From assembly GCA_000388065.2 (NCBI GenBank), contig KB932205.1: a stretch of 17,003 bases of DNA. One strand, 5' to 3'. The position numbers and the translations under genes are program-made. Positions within the stretch are counted from its first letter, which is position 1. The number at the start of each line of letters is the position of its first letter. Shown here in pieces: positions 9,065-17,003 of this stretch. This stretch comes from Fonticula alba ATCC 38817. Lineage: Eukaryota; Protista; Nucleariida. The notes beneath the pieces are model-generated. The model was not told the origin of the DNA. It saw nothing but the letters and a program-made list of their open reading frames with translations, and made no database searches.

Positions 9065-10589
9065 TTAGGTGGACTTCTCGATCGCATCCTTGATCGCCTT
9101 GGCGAGGCCGGTGGCATCCTTGTCGTTGAGGGTGCGCAGCAGGTAGCGAATGGGGGCCGGCTTGCCGTCGTCACCGACCTTGAAGGTGACAAAGTCCACC
9201 GACTTGCCCGAAAGGGTGGCCGAGGACTCCTTGAGAACGGCAGCATTCAGCAGCAGCTTGCCAGAGCCCTCCATTCGGGCGACCAGGCGGTACTTGCCAT
9301 TGGCGCGGTGCTTGTTCAGCTTCAGGAAGCCGATGCCCTGATCGACCCAGGCCTTGTTGGCCAGCTCGAGCAGCTTGAAGCGCTCGACCTCGAAGACGGC
9401 ATCCTCGTCCTCCTCGCCGGCGCCGGTCTTGATGAGCTCCTCATTGGTGCGCGTGCACTCGGGCAGCGGGGCATCGTCATCCTCCTCGTCCTGGGCAGCA
9501 GCAGCGGCAGCGCCGGTGGCACCGGCCGCGCCGAAGGTCGGCGGAGTGAAGGTGAAGGCCGAGCTACCACCAGCACCGAAGGAACCGCCCGCGCCGCCTG
9601 AGAGGGGGGTGAAGTTGAAGCCACTGGCCGAGCCACCGGCCGGGGCGGGCGGGCTGAAGGTGAAGGTGCTGGACGAGAGGGACGGCTGCTTGGCGTCACC
9701 ACCGGCCGGGGCCGGGGGGTTGAAGGTGAAGGCACTGCTGGCCCCGGAGCCGAAGGCCGGCGCGGCACCCTTGGCCCCGGGGGCGCTGCTGGTGGCGGTG
9801 CTCAGCGCGCCGAAGGTGGTGGCGCCAGAACCAAACTGGAAGCCACCGCTGTGCGGCGCATCACCGGACGCCTTGAACACGAACTTCGAGTCCTTCGGGG
9901 CCGGCCCGTCATCCTCATCCTCATCGGCATCCTCATCATTGGACCCGGACCCGGACCCGGACTCGGACCCGGACTCGGACTCGGAACCCGAGCCATCATC
10001 ACCCTCCTCGGCCTCGTCAATGTAATCGGCATCCTCCTCGTCGTCGTCGTCGTCGTCATCGTCGTGACCACCATCGCTGCTGTCCTGCATCTTGGAAGAG
10101 GGGGCCCCCGCACCAAAGCCGAAGCCACCGGCAGTCGACTTGGTGGCAGTGAAGCTGAAGCCGCCCGACAGCGGCTTGGTGGCATCAAGGCTGGACCCAC
10201 CGGAGACGGGCTTGGTCATGCCAAACCCGAGGCCCTCGGAGGCCGGCTTGGCCGCGCCGAAGCTGAAACCGCTCGAGGTGGGCTTGGAAGCGGCGCCGGC
10301 ATCGCCGGCGGCCGAGGAGGCGGACCCGGACCCGGACCCGGACCCGGAGGGCATACGAGCAAGCATTTCCCGACGGTAGGTGCTATACCGATCGGCGAAG
10401 AAGGTCAGATCGACAAAGGGATCATTGCTGATGGCCTTATTAAGGGTGGCCATGGCGCTCTTGTTGAGGGCGCTCAGCTCAGAGAGGATGCTCTCGACAG
10501 ACGTGCTGGAAGTGGACCCGGCAGCGGGGCTGGCCATGGTGGACGGAGTGGCCAACCCGAAAGAGAGGCCGGTAGCGGTAGAGCCAAAA

Positions 10590-10621
<32 letters not shown>

Positions 10622-11267
10622 AGTAGCAGAGGCAGCCGCAGGGCCACCAGTGCTGGGCTTGCTGAAGGAGAAGCCGCCGCCGAAGCCAGCCGCTGGGGAA
10701 GGGGCGCTGCGCTTGGAGGGCGGCGGTGCGGTGCTCAGAGACGACTGCGAGCCGAAGCTGGACCCGCCAGCCGGAGCCGGCGTCGGGGTTGACAGATTCT
10801 TAAAAGGGTTGTTCTTCTGGATGCGCTCCTGGACGAGGCAACGGGCATGGCAATTAGCGAGGGAGGCAGGGAGACCGAGGGGAATGCCCCATGAAGGGGC
10901 ATCATGGAAGGGGCGACAATGAGCGAGATGAGGAGGAAGGCGCATGGATGGATGTGTGCGTGTGTGCGTATGTGCGTGTGTGCTGTCTGTGGACAGGGCG
11001 GCCGTACCCCAAAATCGGACTCCTTCACCCGGCGGGCGGCCTTGAGGATTACGCGGCTGGCGCCGGTGTTCTGTGGCAGGCAATATGACATCGGAAGAAG
11101 AGGGAGGAAAAGGAGTGAGTGGTTGCCGTGGGGAGAGACCGGGGGAAAAGGCGGAGATAGCGGAAAACCGGACGCACACCACGGGGGGCGGTGCTTGAGG
11201 GGACATCGACCGAGTCATCGTCGGCCGAGTACGGGTTGAGCTGGCTGCCAGCCTGACGCTTGGACAT
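9065..11267 (-). CDS. NUP50: Nup50/Nup2-like nucleoporin (importin-alpha-binding N-terminus, FG/FxF repeats, C-terminal RanBP1-type Ran-binding domain), ~638 aa
   Basis: Inferred exons 11267-11178, 11070-11008, 10828-9065 (phase 0, GT-AG, GCTAAT branch point in intron 2). The N-terminus MSKRQAGSQLNPYSADDD...RVILKAARRVK resembles Nup50 MAKR..../R.IKKAKRR. The central LSALNKSAMATLNKAISNDPFVDLTFFADRYSTY matches the Nup50 'L.ALN...NP..DLT' helix. Many GFSFG/FTF repeats; RanBD GEEDEDAVFEVERFKLLELANKAWVDQGIGFLKLNK...YRLVARMEGSGKLLLNA. Confidence 0.88.
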
Positions 11268-12223
11268 TGCTGCAGCGGGTGCGGTGGGGGAGAGAGAGGG
11301 GGAGAGAGAGAGGGAGGGAGGGAGAAAGGAAGGGAGAGGTTTAAAGGTGCAAGGGGCAGTAGATGCGGTGTGCCCATCCCCGGGGGCGGCTGGACTCCAC
11401 GCCTGACTGTCTTTTAGACACCCCTCAGGTGTCGGCGGCCCCGCACGGTGCAGAGGGGCATGTGTGCTGGCGCGCGTGCGCGTGTGAGCGGGCAAGGGCC
11501 CAGGGGAGCAAGGGTGTATGTGCCCACGCCGCGGTGCGCGTGCACCTCCGGCCGAGACCCTCGGACAGGGGCGCAGGAACCTCGGGACGGAGACCGCCTC
11601 GTCAGGGAAAACAGCGCGCAGGGACCAGCCAGGGAGCCGGACCGACCAGGGCAGAGTAGAACCGACCAAATGAAGGGGACAGAACGAGGGAGGGGGGGGG
11701 GGGCACTCAACAGCCATCTAACCGCAACCAACGTGGCGGGCGCGCGGGAAGCTGAAACGGACGCTGACCAATCCCCAAGTGCCAACGCAATGGAGAATGT
11801 TATTCGCGACTCTCGGCGGGAGCGGCCGCCGCGGGAGGCAGGAGGGGAGGGGGGCATGCGTGACGGATTTGGGTGTATTGCTCAAAAGATTGTGGGGACG
11901 GCAAGGCCGATTGAAAAAGAGGGCACACAAAAGGCACGGGGCCTTGGGCAGAGAGAGAGAGAGAGGGAGGGAGAGAGAAAGAGAGAGAGGGAGAGAGCGG
12001 GAGGGAGAGGGGGAGGAAAAAAAAGGGCCCCGCCTCAGGTCCTGAATTGCCTTTCCTTCGCGCAGGCTGGCATCTCCAGGCTTGTCTAGATGAGGGTGGG
12101 CCGGGGAGCTGACCCATGGATGGGAGAAGAACCACAGGGCAAACCTGGCGGAGGAGCGGGCCACAGGAGGATGCATTCACAACAATCGGGACCTGCCCTC
12201 GATGCACCGCCGATCGGGGCCTG

Positions 12224-14858
12224 CTACTGCTGGTCTTTGTTGAACCTCTTGTCATTGCGCTTGGACCGGTCATCCTCCTGGTGGTTCGACTGGCGCTCGG
12301 GAGATTGGGACGAGTGGTAGCGGCGCGGGCCATGATGCCTGCGCTGCTGCGAGTCATGTCGCTGGCCCTTATGGTCGACCCATTTCTCGTTGGAGTTCGA
12401 GCGGTGGCGCTGTTGCTGGTCGCGCTCCTCCCGGTGCCGCTGGATCCGCTCAACGCGCTTCTGATGCCGATACTGGGACACCGACATGCCGGAGTCCACG
12501 CCAAAGAAGGTGCCATCCACATCCGGCGCATGGGTAGGATGCACCACACGTGTGCTCTTCCGATCTGAGTCATGTCGCTGGCCCTTATGGTCGACCCATT
12601 TCTCGTTGGAGTTCGAGCGGTGGCGCTGTTGCTGGTCGCGCTCCTCCCGGTGCCGCTGGATCCGCTCAACGCGCTTCTGATGCCGATACTGGGACACCGA
12701 CATGCCGGAGTCCACGCCAAAGAAGGTGCCATCCACATCCGGCGCATGGGTAGGATGCACCACCGGGGCCGGGGCCGTGTCGCCGGACGAGGCGGATTTG
12801 GCGGCCGCCGCCGCCGCCGCTGCCGCCGCATTCGCATCCGCATGCGCCTGTAGACGATCACCCAGGGCCTTCAGCACCGGCCGATTGGACTCATCAGCCA
12901 CCAGCTTCATGATTGCCCGGTTGCGATCCATGCGCTTGTAGAAGACCGTCACCGGGGTGCCAGGGGCCAGGGCATTTAGCAGGGAAATCTTGATTGGGGA
13001 CATCTCGGACGCCTGATCAATGATACCGTCATTGGTCAGGGCATGGGTCAAACTATCGCCCTCGGGAACCAGGAAGTCACCAGAGTGCACAAAGCCACTG
13101 GTGGAGAAGGGCGGAAGCAGCTCGATCATGATGCCAAAGTCCAACGACTGGATCACCTTGGCCGGGTATGGCTGGTTCTCCACCAGTCGACCCATCTTTT
13201 CAAGGAGAACGGTGGTGGCAGCCTGTCTCGGGAACCAGGAAGTCACCAGAGTGCACAAAGCCACTGGTGGAGAAGGGCGGAAGCAGCTCGATCATGATGC
13301 CAAAGTCCAACGACTGGATCACCTTGGCCGGGTATGGCTGGTTCTCCACCAGTCGACCCATCTTTTCAAGGAGNNNNNNNNNNNNNNNNNNNNNNNNNNN
13401 NNNNNNNNNNNNNNNNNNNNNNNNNNNNNNNNNNNNNNNNNNNNNNNNNNNNNNNNNNNNNNNNNNNNNNNNNNNNNNNNNNNNNNNNNNNNNNNNNNNN
13501 NNNNNNNNNNNNNNNNNNNNNNNNNNNNNNNNNNNNNNNNNNNNNNNNNNNNNNNNNNNNNNNNNNNNNNNNNNNNNNNNNNNNNNNNNNNNNGCGGGAT
13601 CATCAAAGCACACGGGCGGACCTTGATGGAGTCATGGTTGGCACCGGAGATATGGATGACGGCTTCTCCAGAACTGTCGGACGAAATGCTGACCGAGACA
13701 ACTGCCGGTGTGTCGGGTGGTCGAGTTAGGAGGGCGCAGAGGATCAGGGGGCCAAAGGGCAGCAATGCATGTGTGCACGTACGGTATTCCTCCTCAAAGG
13801 CGCGAATCGGGTAGGAGAACCCGAAGAGCGAAGAGATGAGCTCATTGTGGACAGGGACCACCTCTGCAGAGATGGACACGCGGGAGGCGTGGACGTTAGT
13901 CGAGGATCGATGAGCAGGGCAAAGCCCGGAGCCGGGGAGGGGGGGGGGGGGCGACGACGGGGGAATAGGGCGGGAGCAGCGCACCAACAAGCGGAATGAA
14001 CGGGTTCGGCTCGCACGGCCCCAGGGACTGCACAATCGACAGCATATCATTGTAACGCGTGGCGGAAGCCGCCTCGCAGGCAGTCAGCACTGAAGCAGGA
14101 GCAGGACGGAAGCAAAGGGATGGGAAGGTGGGGAGATGGGGAGACAGGGAGAGAAAGCGAGAGGGAGAGAAAGCGAGAAAGTGAAAGGGAGAGAAGGAGA
14201 GAAGGAGAGAAGGAGAGAAGGAGAGAAGGAGAGGGCGAGAGTGAAGATGGGGAAGTAGAAAATGGCAGGCGAGTAGGCGGGACGCAAGTGGTCAATAAGA
14301 AGGTATGGCCAAAAGGAGGGGGGGGGGATGTTGAGAAGGAAACACAATGCAAGGAGAAAGAGAGGAAGGCAGATCACGCACGAGACTCAACTTGAGGCCA
14401 GGAAAGCCCGACATTGGAGGTGGACTCCACTCGGGCACACACCAGCTCATTGTTGAAGGTGATCATGCTCGCCCGGGCATCGGCACACATTTCCTCCGGC
14501 AGGTCCGGGTCCATGACAACCAGAGGCTCATCGGGGGTCTGGCCGTCCGGGCCCTGGACCGTTGGCAAAAATAGGACACCGTCGACGGCCGACGTGATAC
14601 CGCTGAGGGGGATCCCGGTGCTGTAGAGGGACATCTGCAATGCCAGGGCATTGGCCGAAACGGAGGACCCGTTACAGAGCGTCGGGTCAATGCGATTGCT
14701 GACGGTGTAGAGGGACTCTTCCGGCGGCGGGAGCAGGCGCTGCTGGAGCCGGCAGAGGAGGTCATCTGTGTAGGAGACGGTCCCACGGGGGTGGGACGGG
14801 AGTGCAGAGGGGGAGAGCGGAAGAGTCAGCCAAAGGAGAAGACTTAGGGCGGGGGGGG

Positions 14859-14895
<37 letters not shown>

Positions 14896-16936
14896 GAGCA
14901 ACAAGGGGAACAAAAGGGGCAGAAGGAGGGGGAGGGGAGAACGCACAGGGATCGAAGCTCGACCGCCGGGACACCTGGTCAAAGCCCTCCATCAGGAACT
15001 CCTTGAGGAAGTCCGGCTCCTCCGAGGAGCACAGGGAGATGGAGTTGCTGTTTGGGGCGAAAGGGGGGCAGAATAGAGGTCGAGGTAAGCAACCGAAGGA
15101 GATGCGGGGGGGGGGGGGGGGGGGGGGGCACGGAAAGGACCCCGGAAAGGGCCCGGGAAAGGGCCCAGGAAGGGAGGGAGTGGGGACATACCTGCTGCGG
15201 GCGCGAGTGGGCCGGACTCGGAAGTTGCTGAGACAGGAAGAGGCGGTCTCCGGGGTGCCATCCGCACCGAGGAAGGCCATGGTGGCCGCGCCATGGATCG
15301 AGATCGGGATGTGGTTGTCCACCAGGGCCAGGGTACGAAGCTCGGTGGGCTGGCGACCGGACCGCCGCCGCGGCTGGGCATCCGATCCCGAGCCAAGGCC
15401 GAAGTAGAATCGCTTGAATTCCTGGACAAACAGCTGGGAAAGGGCCTCATTCAGATGGGTGAAAGTGATGGGCTGACTGGCGAACATGGCGCGCAACCGA
15501 AGGGACACATCGCGCACGGCTGTGCGCAGTGCCTGAGAAAAGTCATGCTGCACGAATGTCAAGATGTCAGAATGGACTCGGCAAAGAGGGGAGGAGAGAC
15601 AGAGAGCAAGGGAGATAGGGGGAGGGGGGGGGGCATAAAGAAGACGGAGCAAGACGGCACTCGTACCGGGGAAAGGGTATCATCGGCCAGCAGATTGCGG
15701 ACCGACGGCCCAAGATACTCCTCAACCAGGGCAAATACCAGCGGGAAGGAGGGGGAGCCGGACGTGGTGAGATCCTCGCCGGGGGCAAGGGTGCCGGCCC
15801 CCGGGGGCGCTGCCTTGACAGGAGATGACAACCCGGGCGAGAGGATCTTGACCGAGCAATCGTCCACCAAACGCTGCTGAGCATCGATCAGCAGTTGGAT
15901 CTACCGATCGAGGGGGGGAGGGGGGGGGGGCGAAAAACATCAACAACAGGGACATATGGACACGCGGTGGGCGCGTGTGCACTTGCGAGGACCAAGGCAA
16001 GAGGCAAGAGGCAAGGGGGGGAGGGCCAGGAAACGCGCACCTGCGAATGGGCCGCCTGCACCATTTGCCGGAAGGCATCGCGCGAGGTCGGCTCGCCTTG
16101 GATCTCCAACGAGAGAATTCCCTGGGTGTTGGCCACGCAGACCAGCGAGAAGTGGGCCTTTTGGATTTGCGACGAGGAGGGATTGATGACAATCGATGGC
16201 TTGGGCTCCGGGGAGGAGGGCTGCTGGGTGCCGGCGTTTTGCAGGGTGTCGACCGGATCACTGTCAGCGGCCGGGCGTTCCTGGGGAACGAGAGACACCC
16301 GCACGGCCGCCAGCGCCTCGGCGGGGGGCAGTCGACCGGAGTGAATCAACGAGCAGGCGCTGGCATTGAAGAAAGCCACATCCATCATGTCATGGTGGTT
16401 GGAGTAGATGCTGCCGATGGCGGCGATTTCACCCTGCAGATAAGTGTTGATGGGCTCGCAATTGAAGAGGTCCATGCGCGGGGCCAGCACCCGGGGCAAG
16501 ATCCGCGTGGCCAGGGTGTCGGCTCGCATGGCTTGCTCCGCGCCGGGGACCATTGCGGCTCCCTCCCACAGGAGCTCACGCTCGGGGAAGGTGATCTAGC
16601 GAGGGTGGAGGGAGGTCGGCCGAAAGGGGGAATTGGTCAGAATGGCGCAGAGGGGAGGGGGCGAAAAGGTGCTCCGTAGGGGGGCATACCAAAAGCCTGT
16701 TCGTGGAGAAGGCCTCCGGGCGCCGGGGGTTGATGGCGCTCACGATGGTGTCATATTCGCAGCGACTCTGCACCACAGAGGACAGCTGGGTCACGGTCAC
16801 CTTCGGCAGAGAGATGTCATGGTTGAAGGGGCGCTTGGAGTTGCCGGAGAGGACGACATTCGGCGTGGCCGAGGTCCCGTCATTCAGGTAACTCTTCGAG
16901 ATGGAGCCCACGGAGAAGGCCACCATCGCGCGGTCC
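12224..16936 (-). CDS. PNPT1: Polyribonucleotide nucleotidyltransferase (PNPase)-like protein, PH1-helical-PH2-KH-S1, highly divergent, 5' end beyond window
   Basis: Inferred exons 16936-16690, 16595-16041, 15900-15667, 15547-15192, 15047-14947, 14765-14382, 14089-13985, 13863-13783, 13701-13622, 13222-12224; phases are mutually consistent through to TAG 12226-12224. PH1: GDRAMVAFSV, DVAFFNASACSL, AVRVSL, INPSSSQIQKAHFSLVCVA. PH2: RRSGRQPTELR, IHGAA, CNGSS, LYSTGIPLS. KH: PLVEVVPV. S1: YPAKVIQSLDFGIMIELLP..GFVH. The last exon carries a 216-nt artefactual insertion. Confidence 0.85.
12351..12763. repeat. Identical 197-bp direct duplication (12351-12547 / 12567-12763) separated by the adapter; assembly artefact
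   Basis: Both copies run GAGTCATGTCGCTG...GGATGCACCAC with no differences seen; the spacer is exactly the 19-nt adapter. Confidence 0.95.
12548..12566 (+). other. Illumina TruSeq adapter/primer sequence embedded in the assembly
   Basis: ACGTGTGCTCTTCCGATCT is the 3' end of the TruSeq read-2 primer. Its reverse complement translates to the well-known adapter peptides QIGRAHV and DRKSTR, both visible in the ORF track. Confidence 0.97.
13061..13373. repeat. Identical 147-bp duplication (13061-13207 / 13227-13373) abutting an N-gap; probable assembly artefact
   Basis: Both copies run CTCGGGAACC...TTTTCAAGGAG, and the second ends exactly at the gap (13374). Confidence 0.9.
13374..13593. other. 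Assembly gap (220 N) inside the last visible PNPase intron
   Basis: Run of N. Confidence 1.
14188..14233 (+). repeat. (GGAGAGAA)~5.7 tandem repeat in a PNPase intron
   Basis: Direct reading; reads as a TTCTCTCC pyrimidine tract on the sense (-) strand. Confidence 0.9.
14862..14892 (+). repeat. (GA)n microsatellite in a PNPase intron
   Basis: Direct reading; further GA-rich tracts at 11288-11338 and 11948-12010. Confidence 0.9.
15132..15174 (+). repeat. 12-bp minisatellite (GGAAAGGRCCCN) x3.5 in a PNPase intron
   Basis: ggaaaggacccc ggaaagggcccg ggaaagggccca ggaaggg. Confidence 0.8.
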
Positions 16937-17003
16937 CTGTGTGAGGCAGGGCAACCGGCAGAGGGAGGTCAGTGTACAAGACGGCGGCGACCGGGCAGGG
17001 GGG

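Noticed and set aside
11268-12223. ORFs in the NUP50-PNPase intergenic region (e.g. 11448-12089, 11414-11857)
   Set aside because: They are dominated by GA/CT microsatellite translation and have no recognisable motifs.
12351-12763. Tandem direct repeat with a spacer as a CRISPR-like or biological repeat
   Set aside because: The spacer is exactly the TruSeq adapter and the copies are identical, so this is a library artefact.
14766-14800. 'VSYTDD' as part of the PNPase active-site region
   Set aside because: Intronic; the acceptor is TACACAG at 14766, and the phase-1 join gives RRSSFDP|YDLL.
15888-16553. Separate exosome RNase PH subunit (Rrp41/42-like) gene
   Set aside because: It splices in frame to a second PH domain, KH and S1, which is the PNPase architecture.
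12224-16936. Calling the PNPase-like gene a pseudogene
   Set aside because: No stops or frameshifts over 10 exons with consistent phases and intact splice signals.
168-16936. Functional gene cluster (TMEM135 + PNPase as a mitochondrial module)
   Set aside because: Eukaryotic neighbours with unrelated functions and mixed orientation; no shared regulatory motif seen.

Overview
GC-rich, intron-containing eukaryotic genomic DNA from a draft Illumina assembly. It has 3 N-gaps, gap-edge duplications and one embedded TruSeq adapter. The style is reminiscent of a GC-rich unicellular opisthokont such as Fonticula, but this is an unverified inference. I rebuilt four spliced genes by hand from GT-AG sites, frame continuity and family motifs: (1) TMEM135-like membrane protein, + 168-3104, 4 exons; (2) a ~1039-aa protein with a C-terminal Tubby domain and an apparent degenerate BTB/BACK module upstream, + 4562-8606, 6 exons; (3) Nup50/Nup2-like FG nucleoporin with RanBD, - 11267-9065, 3 exons; (4) a 5'-partial PNPase (PH-PH-KH-S1) homologue, - 16936-12224, 10 exons visible. 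The best leads are that the PNPase appears to have lost its catalytic residues and KH GxxG loop (candidate pseudo-enzyme), and that the Tubby protein looks like a BTB-coupled (CUL3-type) adaptor. Also notable: none of the 19 inferred 5' splice sites has A at +4. All alignments were made by eye from remembered family motifs; no searches were run. Most long ORFs in the supplied track are intron read-throughs or antisense shadows.
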